Shown here one piece after another: positions 1 to 8,915 of a stretch of 52,921 nucleotides of DNA (its first letter is position 1; the number at the start of each line of letters is the position of its first letter). A program made the position numbers and the translations under genes. The notes beneath the pieces are model-generated. The model was not told the origin of the DNA. It saw nothing but the letters and a program-made list of their open reading frames with translations, and did no database searches. Source of the DNA: a virus; the IMG/VR virus record IMGVR_UViG_3300010263_000121; one strand, 5' to 3'.

Positions 1-123
1 AGGTCCCTTTCAATGCCGATGCCCTCAATCGTCTCGATGTGCTTTTTGAAGTACCACGGCCTAAATGCGGACCTGAGCACCGACCGCCCTTCAGGGTTGT
101 TTTTATAGCTTGTAGTACGGAAC
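1..123. repeat. Terminal direct repeat, exact copy of 52799..52921 (circular-assembly overlap or terminal redundancy)
   Basis: I aligned the first 123 nt (aggtccctttcaatgccgatg...gtagtacggaac) against the last 123 nt of the window and they are identical. An ORF reads continuously through the junction. Confidence 0.95.
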
Positions 124-671
124 AGCAGGGATTTTTCCATGGGGATTACCCTAAGCTTGTAGTCAGGTGGTGCCATCTGCACCATCCCAAGTATCCTACC
201 GTTCTCGTCAAACTGCCACTCCCAAAGAGAGCTCTGTGCCCTAATGGGAAAGCCCCTCCATCCGATCCGGCCGTCGCTGTAGCGTGAGTTATAGGCCGGA
301 TCACGGCTCTGGCCGTGGCGCACTTTGTAGAGAATCTCATGGTAGCTCCAACCGTAAACGAGCATGGAGAGGATTTCTGCAATAGTCTCTTCCCATGTCA
401 TCTCCATATCTTCAAGGCAGGTTTCAAGAAAATGCGCTGCCGCCATATCCTCAAGGCTCCTGCCTCCAGGTTCGACCCTCCATTCGACCTGCCGGATCAG
501 CATCTCGATCGCGTGGAGGACAGCCCCGATCACAGGGTCGTTGGAGCTCATCTCCTGGTAGACCTGCACCGCCCGCTGGCCCTGAAGCTCCTGCAGGAAC
601 TCCTCATAGACCCAGCCCCCGAAACGCTCAAGGCCCGTAAGCCCAAGCTCCCTTAAATCAAGCATAGGCAT
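1..671 (-). CDS. Portal protein, N-terminal ~223 codons. The ORF runs off the window start and continues at 52798 on the circle.
   Basis: Manual minus-strand translation from ATG 671..669 gives MPMLDLRELGLTGLERFGGWVYEEFLQELQGQRAVQVYQEMSSNDPVIGAVLHAIEMLIRQVEW..., which joins ...SVLRSAFRPWYFKKHIETIEG of ORF 52198..52878. The start lies 4 nt after the TerL stop. Position between TerL and the MuF-like gene is typical for a portal. Confidence 0.8.
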   Translation of the reverse strand, partial: MPMLDLRELGLTGLERFGGWVYEEFLQELQGQRAVQVYQEMSSNDPVIGAVLHAIEMLIRQVEWRVEPGGRSLEDMAAAHFLETCLEDMEMTWEETIAEILSMLVYGWSYHEILYKVRHGQSRDPAYNSRYSDGRIGWRGFPIRAQSSLWEWQFDENGRILGMVQMAPPDYKLRVIPMEKSLLFRTTSYKNNPEGRSVLRSAFRPWYFKKHIETIEGIGIERD

Positions 672-674
672 ATC

Positions 675-2138
675 TCACCGCCTCCATCTGCTCGCCGATG
701 TCAGATCCATCACAGGCCGCACGTTTATCTTCGGCCTCTCCTTTACCCCAGCATAAGCCATTGCAATAGCATCTCCCCAGTCAGGGGATTTAAGCCCTTT
801 CTTCCGCATCTCTTCTTTCGTCTCAAGCTTCATGCGCCCATCGGAGAGATAGCGGTACCGCCTGCTGGTCAGCTCCCGCATCACCCTTCTGTCTCCAAAG
901 AGCCTGCCGCCGATTTCCCCTGCCTGAAGCTTTTTAGCGAGGTTGTGCCACCACTCTGTGCCCGCATCGGCGTAAGCGGAAGCATCAACCGGCGTGCCCC
1001 CGGCGTTCATCTCAAGCACCGAGACATCTTTTAAGACCTCTTTCAGCCTATCGTAAACACCCGCCCCGATGCCGACAGCATCAACCTTCACGACCTTTGC
1101 ATTGTGCCGGCGCACGAAGTCAATAAGCCTTCCCGCCGTCTCCATCGTGGAGAGCTGCGTGTGCTCCTCTCCCGCGATAAGAAGAGGGCCCCGGCGCGCC
1201 ACAAAGACAGTGCTGTCAGAGCCGTACCGCGCAACGTCGCAGGCGACCTCGACAGGTCCTTCCGGCTCAAAGTCCTGGTTAGCCGCCGCCTCAACCCAGG
1301 AAAGCGAAATTAAGGTATCCTCAACCTTATCTGGAAAGATACCGAGGATTCTCGACTGCCAGAGAAAAGAGCCCTCTCCCCAGTCCTCTCTGGCATCTTC
1401 GATGTCCTGCTCGGTAATAAGCCCAGGTATCACGATGCCTTTCCCCTGGAGGTTTGGCGTCTCAAACGCGGATATGTGGGTAGTCCACCATCCCTTAGCT
1501 GTAAACGCGTTGTAGAAGGTGCCTGAGAGGTTCGTTGGGTTCCCGATCGCAAGGAGCTTTGCGTTCTGCCCTCTCACAACAGACATAACGCCTTCCCAGA
1601 TTGATTCAGAGATGCCTGCAGCCTCGTCCACGATAACCAGCACATTGTCCGAGTGGATGCCCTGGAAAGCATCCGGATCATAGTCCCTTGTCGCGAAGCC
1701 GAAGGCGAAGTGCTCTTCAGTAAACTCCCAGCTCTTTGTCAGGAGCTTCCCCCCAAGGTTGATGCCGTTTCTCTTCGCCCTGTTAAAGAGGCTGTGTATC
1801 TCTTTCCAGAGGATGCGCCGAACCTGCCTATCTGTTGGCGCAGTAGTAACCACGACGGCCGGATAGAAGTTGGCCAGAAACCACGCAGCTGCGCGAGCTG
1901 CAAGCCAGGATTTGCCCGCCGAGTTGCAGCTTGCGACCGCGACCCTTCTGTGGAGGGCTAGTGCCCTCAAAATCTCCGTCTGCTTTCTCCAGGGCTTCTC
2001 ACCCGTTACTTCGGCGATCCAGACATCAGGCATCGCCCGATAGTAGATCGCCCTCTTCTCGCGATTCGTAAGCCCTTTGAATTGCTTCAAGGAAATCTCT
2101 ATCCTTTGCGAGTTGTTCGGTAATACGAGAGGTATCAT
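675..2138 (-). CDS. terL: Terminase large subunit
   Basis: Walker A-like SCNSAGKS, Walker B VLVIVDEAAG, and a C-terminal nuclease-type motif VACDVARYGSDSTV. It sits directly upstream of the portal. The true start may be the internal Met at about 2033, which would remove most of the overlap with TerS. Confidence 0.9.
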   Translation of the reverse strand: MIPLVLPNNSQRIEISLKQFKGLTNREKRAIYYRAMPDVWIAEVTGEKPWRKQTEILRALALHRRVAVASCNSAGKSWLAARAAAWFLANFYPAVVVTTAPTDRQVRRILWKEIHSLFNRAKRNGINLGGKLLTKSWEFTEEHFAFGFATRDYDPDAFQGIHSDNVLVIVDEAAGISESIWEGVMSVVRGQNAKLLAIGNPTNLSGTFYNAFTAKGWWTTHISAFETPNLQGKGIVIPGLITEQDIEDAREDWGEGSFLWQSRILGIFPDKVEDTLISLSWVEAAANQDFEPEGPVEVACDVARYGSDSTVFVARRGPLLIAGEEHTQLSTMETAGRLIDFVRRHNAKVVKVDAVGIGAGVYDRLKEVLKDVSVLEMNAGGTPVDASAYADAGTEWWHNLAKKLQAGEIGGRLFGDRRVMRELTSRRYRYLSDGRMKLETKEEMRKKGLKSPDWGDAIAMAYAGVKERPKINVRPVMDLTSASRWRR

Positions 2139-2502
2139 GCCTCTGCATCACTTCCCCGCTGTGCTCAAGATCGATCTTGTCCTTCGAAGCCCACCTTTCA
2201 GGGAACCTCCTTGCCAAAAAGTCCCTAGCTGCCCTCCAGTCCTGCGGAATCTGCGCCTGCCACTGCGCGACCATCCGCGCTTCAGCTTCGGCCTCCGCGC
2301 GCGTGAGTTCTTCCCAAAACTCTCGAAATTCTCCCGAGCTAGCCCTAGCTCCGCGCTCCATCCAGCGGTAAAAAGTGGCCGGAGCGATACCCGCAAAGCG
2401 GCAAGCTGGCTCGATATAATTCCCCGCCTTTATGGCATCAATGAGCCTTTTTTTGACCTCCGGCGTAAGTTTTGAGGGCCTTCCTATGCGTTTTCTACTC
2501 AT
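2026..2502 (-). CDS. terS: Terminase small subunit candidate (N-terminal HTH)
   Basis: 158 aa with an HTH-like N-terminus (RPSKLTPEVKKRLIDAIKAGNYIEPACRFAGIAPATFYRWMERG). It lies immediately upstream of TerL. Confidence 0.6.
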   Translation of the reverse strand: MSRKRIGRPSKLTPEVKKRLIDAIKAGNYIEPACRFAGIAPATFYRWMERGARASSGEFREFWEELTRAEAEAEARMVAQWQAQIPQDWRAARDFLARRFPERWASKDKIDLEHSGEVMQRHDTSRITEQLAKDRDFLEAIQRAYESREEGDLLSGDA

Positions 2503-2515
2503 AAAATCACCCCTT

Positions 2516-3511
2516 TCAGCCCGTCTCTTTGAGCCTCAAAGGGATGAATATGGTATCCCGCACATGCTCTGCGATCGCCTTCATGAAAAGGGGAGGCACC
2601 GAATTACCGAGCCTCGCCCACTGCTCCCGAAACGTCCCCCGCAGGATGAAGTCATCAGGGAACGAGCAGAGCCTTTTAGCTTCCGCGATATTCAAGCTGC
2701 GCGGGTACTTCCAATGGTAGAGCCCTCCGCCTCCGCCTGAAGGCATCGAGGTTTTAGCTATCGTGGGAGCGACCTTCGTCGGATCGACTTTTTTCCCGTT
2801 AAACCAGTACCCTTTGGGATGCACCTTTGAAAACGACTGCCCGGGCTTGACCTTAAGCCAGTAGTAATAAGCCTGCTCTGTAAGCGTCCTCGATGGATCA
2901 TCAGGGAGCCCAGCAAGGGCCTCGCCGACCGTTACCGGCTTCGTTTTGGGCCTGGGGTGAGTTGGGCGAAGCCCTAAGTCGTGCCTGACGCCGATAAAGA
3001 TCATGCGCTGCCTCCGCTGGGGCACCCCGAAATACTGAGCATCTAGAACTCTCGCAGAAACGTTGTATCCGGCCGTTTTGAGGGCCTCCATGATTTCAGC
3101 AAAGACGAGCTTCATCTTCCCCCGAACCATCCCGGGCACGTTCTCCATAATGAGGACCTTGGGCTTAAGCCCCACAAGGAGCCTCACGTACTCCTTGAAT
3201 AGAGCATTACGCGGATCGTCAAGCTGCCTTTTGCCGGCTGCGGAGAAGCCCTGGCAAGGCGGCGAGCCGTCTAGGATGTCAAGCTCCCCAGGCTCTATAC
3301 CTGCCATTTTCATTGCATCTTCAGAGGTCAGCGTCTTGATGTCTTTAGGATAAACAGGCGTATCAGGGAAATTCTCGCGGTACGTCCTCACAGCGTGGCT
3401 GTCGAACTCAACCGCAAGGAGCACCTTCCCGCCTGCCATCTTATACCCGAGCGATGAGCCTCCACACCCTGAGAAGGTGCTTATCACGGTGAAGCTACTT
3501 TGGGAAGACAT
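2516..3511 (-). CDS. DNA (cytosine-5)-methyltransferase, orphan
   Basis: Canonical C5-MTase motifs: FSGCGGSSLG (I), SPPCQGFS (IV), ENVPGM (VI), QRRQR (VIII), GNSVPP (X). Confidence 0.9.
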   Translation of the reverse strand: MSSQSSFTVISTFSGCGGSSLGYKMAGGKVLLAVEFDSHAVRTYRENFPDTPVYPKDIKTLTSEDAMKMAGIEPGELDILDGSPPCQGFSAAGKRQLDDPRNALFKEYVRLLVGLKPKVLIMENVPGMVRGKMKLVFAEIMEALKTAGYNVSARVLDAQYFGVPQRRQRMIFIGVRHDLGLRPTHPRPKTKPVTVGEALAGLPDDPSRTLTEQAYYYWLKVKPGQSFSKVHPKGYWFNGKKVDPTKVAPTIAKTSMPSGGGGGLYHWKYPRSLNIAEAKRLCSFPDDFILRGTFREQWARLGNSVPPLFMKAIAEHVRDTIFIPLRLKETG

Positions 3512-4001
3512 AACCGCACACCTCGCAGGTTACCATCTCGACTTCTTCCTTCACCGATTCATCGTATTCAGGGAAGCTCACCGCATCAGGATGCCAGTCA
3601 ATGAGGCGCATCAGCTCTTCATCCGAAAAGCCTGTTAGAGAAAGGTCTGCCCCGGTATCCTTAAGCTCATTTAGGACACTGATTAAGACCTCATTGTCCC
3701 AGTCCCCCTCAAGGTTGTTTAGGGCTACATTAAGGGCCCGTTCATGGGCCTCGTCTAAATCAACAACAGAGACCGTTACTTCCTTTACCCCTTGAGCCTC
3801 AAGTATCTTAAGCCTTTGATGGCCGCCGACTAAGACACCAGTCCTCTCATTCCAGACAAGCGGCAGAAGAAAGCCGTAGCGTTCCATAACGCGCTTTAGG
3901 TTCTGATACTCCGGATCGGCCGAGGTTAAGTCCTTCCTGGGGTTGTACTTAGCCCGCTTGATCTTGCTGATCGGAATCGTCTCAATCCGCAAAGAGCTCA
4001 C
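3495..4001 (-). CDS. ParB-N (ParB-like nuclease) domain protein with C-terminal zinc ribbon
   Basis: KYNPRKDL ... VGGHQR motifs typical of the ParB/Srx fold. The C-terminus is CEVCGYVFPK. Confidence 0.7.
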   Translation of the reverse strand: MSSLRIETIPISKIKRAKYNPRKDLTSADPEYQNLKRVMERYGFLLPLVWNERTGVLVGGHQRLKILEAQGVKEVTVSVVDLDEAHERALNVALNNLEGDWDNEVLISVLNELKDTGADLSLTGFSDEELMRLIDWHPDAVSFPEYDESVKEEVEMVTCEVCGYVFPK

Positions 4002-4004
4002 CCC

Positions 4005-4478
4005 CTACGCCTCGAATTGATGCCCGCAGTTGGGACAGATAAGGAGCTTTTTCTTCTTCTCCGCGTCCTGCTCTTCCGGCCAGATAAGCACCTGGTCGAA
4101 GTTGACCGGATCAAAGCCCGTCAGGGTGACATCAGCCCCCATCTCTGCTATCTCTTTTAAGAGTGCCACGAGCTTCTCCCCATCCCACTCCCCGCGGACC
4201 CTATTGAGCGCAATGGAAAGCAGCTGCTCGTCCTTCTCATCAAGATCAACAACCGAGACCGTAACCTCTTTTGCGCCCTGTTCAAGGAGCACCTTGAAAC
4301 GCTGGTTGCCGCCGACAAGAAATCCTGTGCGCTCATTCCAGACGAGGGGCTCAACAAAGCCGAACGCCTCGATGGACCTTCTCAAGCGTTCGAAGTCAGC
4401 ATCTCCAGGCTGTAAATCCTTCCTGGGGTTTAAGGGATGGAGCTTCACCATCTCGACCGGGATAGTTTTGATAATCAT
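4005..4478 (-). CDS. ParB-N domain protein with C-terminal zinc ribbon (paralog of 3495..4001)
   Basis: LNPRKDL ... VGGNQR motifs. The C-terminus is CPNCGHQFEA. The sequence is collinear with the neighbouring paralog. Confidence 0.7.
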   Translation of the reverse strand: MIIKTIPVEMVKLHPLNPRKDLQPGDADFERLRRSIEAFGFVEPLVWNERTGFLVGGNQRFKVLLEQGAKEVTVSVVDLDEKDEQLLSIALNRVRGEWDGEKLVALLKEIAEMGADVTLTGFDPVNFDQVLIWPEEQDAEKKKKLLICPNCGHQFEA

Positions 4479-5764
4479 GCCCCACCGCCCCCTTTAATGA
4501 GAACGGCTTTTCTGCCTGTATAGAGCTCCCAGCGGCTCACAGCCGCATCAACATAGCGAGGCTGTATCTCAATGCCGAGCGCCTTCCTGCCGAGGCTCTC
4601 TGCTGCAATTATCACCGTACCGGAGCCCATGAACGGATCGAGCACGTAGTCCCCGGGGAGGCTCCAAAGGGTTAGAACGCGTACAGCGAGCTCCACAGGG
4701 AAAGGTGCGATATGCCCGAGCTTCTTCGCCTCATTCTCGGTGTGAATCTGCCAGATGGTGTAGCGGTTCCACTCCATCGCCTCCGAGTGCAGCACGCCCT
4801 TCTTATCCCGCGGCTTCCATGCGCCCTTGAAGAAGACGAGCAGGGCCTCATGGGTGTTGTTTGGGATAGTGGGCCTTCTGTATGCCCCCGGAAGAGGCAG
4901 GCTCTTTACGTCCTTGTCCCAGATAATCTCACCGCGGTATCTGAAGCCCGTCTCGATGGCCGTAAAGGTATCCCTGGCGATGTTTGGGACATAGCCCTCG
5001 TTACCTCTGGGGATGTCTGCGGTGTTCCAGACGAGCACGCCTCCAGTTAGGAGCGCATCGTAGGCGAGTTTCATGGTCTTGTTCCCGACCTCTACGAGCT
5101 TATCCCCTTCCGTCTCCCACATATCCGCGCCGGGGTAAGGAGGCGAGGTAAAGATAAGGCTGGGAGATCCGGCTAGGCTTTTAAGCTCACCCCAAACTGC
5201 GGGATCGGTTGCATCACCGCAGATTAAGATGTGCTCGCCTAATTGATAGACATCTCCCAGCTTAGCGATAGGAGGACTTTCTTCGGAAGAGACAAGGGCT
5301 TCTTCAGGCTCGCTTATTTCAGGAGGGGCCCAGGTCATGATGCGCTCAAGCTCCATTTCATCGAAGCCCGTGATCGTGAGATCGAACGAGCCCGTGTCAA
5401 GCTCTTCTAAGAGATCAGCGAGCGCATCGAAATCCCACTCCGATTCATCCCGCAGGCGGTTGTCGGCAAGATTGTATGCCTTCGCCGTCTCATCGTCAAA
5501 CTCAACGAACACGGCCGCGACTTCGGTCAGCCCAGCTGCCTTTGCCGCTTCCCACCTTTGGTGGCCGGAGATTATCATGTTCGTGCCCTTCTGCGCGATG
5601 ATGGGGCTTACGAAGCCGAAGCTCTCGACGCTTATCTGGAGCTTCTCAAGCCCCTTTGGGCTTATCTTCCTGGGATTCCCCGCAAAAGGCACAAGACTTC
5701 CAACAGGGACATAAGCGAACTCAACCCTCTCCACCTTGACCATGAGCCTCTCCCTCCTGGCCAT
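4475..5764 (-). CDS. ParB-N domain fused to an N4-cytosine/N6-adenine DNA methyltransferase (beta-class order)
   Basis: The N-terminus has GNPRK ... SGHQR. The MTase part has motif IV TSPPYP upstream of motif I DPFMGSGT. Confidence 0.8.
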   Translation of the reverse strand: MARRERLMVKVERVEFAYVPVGSLVPFAGNPRKISPKGLEKLQISVESFGFVSPIIAQKGTNMIISGHQRWEAAKAAGLTEVAAVFVEFDDETAKAYNLADNRLRDESEWDFDALADLLEELDTGSFDLTITGFDEMELERIMTWAPPEISEPEEALVSSEESPPIAKLGDVYQLGEHILICGDATDPAVWGELKSLAGSPSLIFTSPPYPGADMWETEGDKLVEVGNKTMKLAYDALLTGGVLVWNTADIPRGNEGYVPNIARDTFTAIETGFRYRGEIIWDKDVKSLPLPGAYRRPTIPNNTHEALLVFFKGAWKPRDKKGVLHSEAMEWNRYTIWQIHTENEAKKLGHIAPFPVELAVRVLTLWSLPGDYVLDPFMGSGTVIIAAESLGRKALGIEIQPRYVDAAVSRWELYTGRKAVLIKGGGGA

Positions 5765-5978
5765 CCTCGAACTGATGGCCGCACAGCATGCACAGCCACT
5801 TCTTTGAGCCGCCCATCACCGTGAGGTTCACTCTCGCATCATCTGGATGCAGGCAGATGCTGCCCGCCCGATCTATATCACCGGAGGCAGGTTCATCTCC
5901 ACACAGAATTAAGGCGGCCAGTTCAGCCGCAGACATCAGTATCCAGGCGGCGATGGTGCACCGTTCCTTATCCGTCAA
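5721..5978 (-). CDS. Small Cys-rich (zinc-ribbon-like) hypothetical protein
   Basis: Part of track ORF 5721..6020. A TTG at 5978 is preceded by GGAGG 8 nt upstream. It contains CMLCGHQFED, the same motif that ends the two ParB-N proteins. The start is uncertain. Confidence 0.35.
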   Translation of the reverse strand: MTDKERCTIAAWILMSAAELAALILCGDEPASGDIDRAGSICLHPDDARVNLTVMGGSKKWLCMLCGHQFEDGQEGEAHGQGGEG

Positions 5979-6016
5979 CCTTCCCGCCTCCGTTTCAAGG
6001 CATCTTGCGGGGAAAA

Positions 6017-6052
6017 GCAAAAAAGAGGTGCCTCGGTCAACACCTCTTTTTT
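6017..6052 (-). terminator. Rho-independent terminator downstream of the sigma-like gene
   Basis: A 10-bp perfect stem, aaaagaggtg (6021-6030) pairing with cacctctttt (6041-6050), flanked by A/T runs on both sides. Confidence 0.7.
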
Positions 6053-6146
6053 ACCCGTCTCCCCAATTCACCTATCTGCTGAACATAGGTACGCACATAC
6101 ATTTTACCATAGGTTTTTGTGCCACAAAATGACAAATTCGTTCAAT

Positions 6147-6566
6147 CTATGCCCTCATTTTACCGTTTTCGCCAAGCAGCTTAAATTCATAAGCGAGAAT
6201 CATAAGGATACCATCTCTAATCCTAAAGCATGCCCGATGCTCACAGCCAAGATTTTCTGCAATTTCATCCCAGCGAAGCCTTTCAATGTACCGCATTCGA
6301 ATCAGCTCTTTCTGCTCCCTACTCATACGTGAAACAGCCTCGTTGATAGTCTTAGTTTCCCATATCTCATATTGGTTCTTTAGGACCCATATTTCCTGCA
6401 GCGAATCTCTTTTGTTTTTTGGATCGATAGACGGTTCATCAAACGGCTTGCTTACAACAGGCCCAGGCATATCCTGCTGCCTTAAACCCCATGCATACAG
6501 TTTGCCCTCAATAATCGGGATCGCCGCCTTAAAATCCACATAATCACCTTCCTCGATGGAAAACAC
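6147..6566 (-). CDS. Late-gene transcriptional regulator, sigma-70 region-4-like (ArpU/RinA-like)
   Basis: 139 aa. The C-terminal segment SREQKELIRMRYIERLRWDEIAENLGCEHRACFRIRDGIL resembles a sigma-70 region 4 HTH. Its size and position just upstream of the packaging module fit phage late activators. Confidence 0.55.
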   Translation of the reverse strand: MFSIEEGDYVDFKAAIPIIEGKLYAWGLRQQDMPGPVVSKPFDEPSIDPKNKRDSLQEIWVLKNQYEIWETKTINEAVSRMSREQKELIRMRYIERLRWDEIAENLGCEHRACFRIRDGILMILAYEFKLLGENGKMRA

Positions 6567-6577
6567 AACCCGCCAAT

Positions 6578-6859
6578 CTAACCATCATCCGCTTCATCCT
6601 CTGGTTCATCCGAAGGCTCTGCCTCTACCTTTGCAAAAGCATCTTCAGGTTCCAAATCTTCTCTATCCGCAAGCTGAGCTTCAACTGGTGCGCCTTTATC
6701 TGGCATATCAATCTCATAAGCGAACATGCCTAAAATCTTCTCATAAACCCTTATAATCCTACCGCCTGGAAACTTTGTCTGAAGAATTTCCTCAGCCTGT
6801 TCCTTAGTATTGGCTCCGATCCAGCCCGTTTTTATAGCCACCTTCCTCTCCCCCTTCAT
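6578..6859 (-). CDS. Hypothetical protein with acidic C-terminus
   Basis: 93-aa ORF in the same orientation as its neighbours. No recognisable motif. Confidence 0.4.
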   Translation of the reverse strand: MKGERKVAIKTGWIGANTKEQAEEILQTKFPGGRIIRVYEKILGMFAYEIDMPDKGAPVEAQLADREDLEPEDAFAKVEAEPSDEPEDEADDG

Positions 6860-7151
6860 CAGCTAGAGCCTTAAGCGTATCCCTCGCCATCTTGGAAATA
6901 TTGGCTGCTAGCTTCTGCGATGTCATAAGCTCGTCTGAATCCAACATCACGATTTGATCTGAAAGCGACATGATGCGCCTAAACATTAACCTTGCAAGCT
7001 CCTTATCCCTAATATGTCTTGCCTTTGGAATAGTGTCCAAAGCCTTTTTTACATCCTCAAGGCACTCCACAAGCGGATTGATTTGGGAAATACACTCTTT
7101 GAGCTTATCGATAGCCGAATCCATGACCACAGCCTCATGCATCGACATCAA
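6804..7151 (-). CDS. Hypothetical protein
   Basis: 115-aa ORF packed tightly against RusA. No recognisable motif. Confidence 0.4.
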   Translation of the reverse strand: MMSMHEAVVMDSAIDKLKECISQINPLVECLEDVKKALDTIPKARHIRDKELARLMFRRIMSLSDQIVMLDSDELMTSQKLAANISKMARDTLKALADEGGEEGGYKNGLDRSQY

Positions 7152-7152
7152 A

Positions 7153-7566
7153 TCACCCCTCCTTGGTCAAGTCTTTAAGCCAAATCTCAACCCTAGGATT
7201 CTCCCTGTCAATCTTGACCATAATCTCTGGCAGGACTACCGTTTCAAGATCATCTTCTGGAATAACTCCCGCATATCTAAGACCATCCAGAAGAAATTTT
7301 CCTGCTGAACCCATCAGATTATCCTGATCTCTCCTGCGGGCTTTATCGTAGTAGAGCACAATCTGGACCTCAGTCTTATCGAATTTTGGCCTTCCGGCCC
7401 TGACTGCGGCCAATGCAACTTCCTGCTGCCAGAGCTCCTTGAGGCGCCGCCTAGTCCCCCAGTGCATGTTCTTAATCTGATTGAGAGTAGGCGGCGGCCG
7501 TCTGTTTATCACGAGCCTTGCATTGTAATCCAAAGAGATCACCACCTCGAAAGGCCGAAGACTCAC
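7153..7566 (-). CDS. rusA: RusA-family Holliday junction resolvase
   Basis: 137 aa. The segment RRRDQDNLMGSAGKFLLDGLRYAGVIPEDD matches the RusA catalytic Asp pattern (RxDxDN ... K..lD.L ... DD). Confidence 0.8.
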   Translation of the reverse strand: MSLRPFEVVISLDYNARLVINRRPPPTLNQIKNMHWGTRRRLKELWQQEVALAAVRAGRPKFDKTEVQIVLYYDKARRRDQDNLMGSAGKFLLDGLRYAGVIPEDDLETVVLPEIMVKIDRENPRVEIWLKDLTKEG

Positions 7567-7931
7567 ACACTTTTCTGCTTCACCATGCTAACACACATAG
7601 CCATATACTCCGCCTCGCTCATCTTGAGGTACTGCTCCTGACGGCGTGCGGCTTCGATGATCTTATCGTCGTGGGCTGCCTTTATCGGCGGCTTTTTCTC
7701 GTGATAGAACCTGGCCTTTTCCCGAGCTTTGTTCAAAAAGACACCGACAGGCGGAAAGCTCAGTTTCTCCCAGCTCAGGCGAAGCTCATGGCAGACCTCG
7801 ATAAAGACTCTCGCGTCAAGCCCCGATAGATCCTCGACATACTGGGCCAACCTGCTTTCCTGCAGCGGTACACCGATTGCCCTGCTCAACTTCTCAAGTT
7901 CCTGAAGGATTAGAGTACGATCCAAAGGCAC
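7563..7931 (-). CDS. Hypothetical protein (replication module)
   Basis: 122-aa ORF whose ends are coupled to those of the neighbouring genes. Confidence 0.4.
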   Translation of the reverse strand: MPLDRTLILQELEKLSRAIGVPLQESRLAQYVEDLSGLDARVFIEVCHELRLSWEKLSFPPVGVFLNKAREKARFYHEKKPPIKAAHDDKIIEAARRQEQYLKMSEAEYMAMCVSMVKQKSV

Positions 7932-7936
7932 CCCCC

Positions 7937-8818
7937 CTACTGACCCAGGATTCTCGCTCTAACTTCATCGGAAAAAGAGAATGGATCATAGCTTGCTGCC
8001 GCTTCTCTCTGCATGAAATCCTCTGTCCCGGGTAGGTATTCCGCAAGTGCGCTGTTCAACCACGTCTTACACAGCTTGATATGCCTCTTCTCCCGCCCTT
8101 CACGTTCCATCTGATTAGCATACCTTCGCGCCGCCTCAATTAGATCGTCGTGCTTAATCCCCAGTTTCCGGTCGGATACGATAGCTCTCCAGATTTCATA
8201 GGCTGCTGCTTTATCTTCTTTCCTGGGATAAGCATCCCAGAAGCGGTTGAACTCCTCCGGGTACTCCTTCTTCATCGCTCTCCTTAGGTTTGCTGTAGCC
8301 TTTCGCTCGCGTCCTGTTCGGATTGCACCTGCACTAGATACAGAATTATTGGTCTCATCTGGTAATGGTTGATCTGTAGTACTAGTTGTATCCGAAATTA
8401 CCGTATCCGGTAGAACCGTATCCGGTAATTTCGGACACGGAGCACGCTGGGCTTTTTCGCGTTCTTCCCTGCTTGGCGCAACTTCGATCTGCTCCTGAAT
8501 CACGTACACATTGCAGGAGAACTTCCCGTCTACCCGCTTCTGAATGACCTTGATGAAACCCCGTTCCTTGAGTTCTTCAAGATAGCTTGTGAAGGTGTCC
8601 TTGTTGATGTTCAGATCCCGGCATATCCTCGCCCGGCTCGGCCACGATGCCCTCCCTCCAAACTCCTCGTTGATACTAGCTCCGGCGATGCTGGAAAGAT
8701 AGCAGAACAGGCATTTTGCGCCGATGCTGATCTCGGGATTGCTCATCAGAAGAAACGGAGCCAGCCCATACCCCTTAGACAGCCACGACGTCTTACCAAA
8801 CTGAACACTCTCTCCCAC
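7937..8818 (-). CDS. Replication initiator / replisome-organizer-like protein (wHTH N-terminus, PDTV repeat linker)
   Basis: wHTH-like segment (ICRDLNINKDTFTSYLEELKERGFIKV), a PDTVLPDTVISDT linker typical of Firmicutes phage/plasmid Rep-organizer proteins, and a C-terminal FWDAYPRK segment. It shares this architecture with 10948..12216. Confidence 0.55.
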   Translation of the reverse strand: MGESVQFGKTSWLSKGYGLAPFLLMSNPEISIGAKCLFCYLSSIAGASINEEFGGRASWPSRARICRDLNINKDTFTSYLEELKERGFIKVIQKRVDGKFSCNVYVIQEQIEVAPSREEREKAQRAPCPKLPDTVLPDTVISDTTSTTDQPLPDETNNSVSSAGAIRTGRERKATANLRRAMKKEYPEEFNRFWDAYPRKEDKAAAYEIWRAIVSDRKLGIKHDDLIEAARRYANQMEREGREKRHIKLCKTWLNSALAEYLPGTEDFMQREAAASYDPFSFSDEVRARILGQ

Positions 8819-8883
8819 GTTCCCTTCCCTCCGGAAAATCGTCTAGGAAAGCAGGATATAAATCTCGTGCGATGAATAATAAA

Positions 8884-8915
8884 GTGATATCGTGGTACCG
8901 TGATATCATGGTATC
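8884..8915. promoter_or_regulatory. Two tandem 16-bp repeats (GTGATATCGTGGTACC / GTGATATCATGGTATC) upstream of the replication operon; candidate operator
   Basis: The direct repeat is seen in the sequence 66-97 nt upstream of start codon 8818. It contains GTGATA half-sites related to the motif at 24678. Confidence 0.4.

Noticed and set aside
146-656. Track ORFs 146..382(-), 315..656(+), 364..561(+) and 395..640(+) at the window start
   Set aside because: All lie inside the portal reading frame (1..671, minus strand). The ORF track missed that frame because it runs off the window edge.
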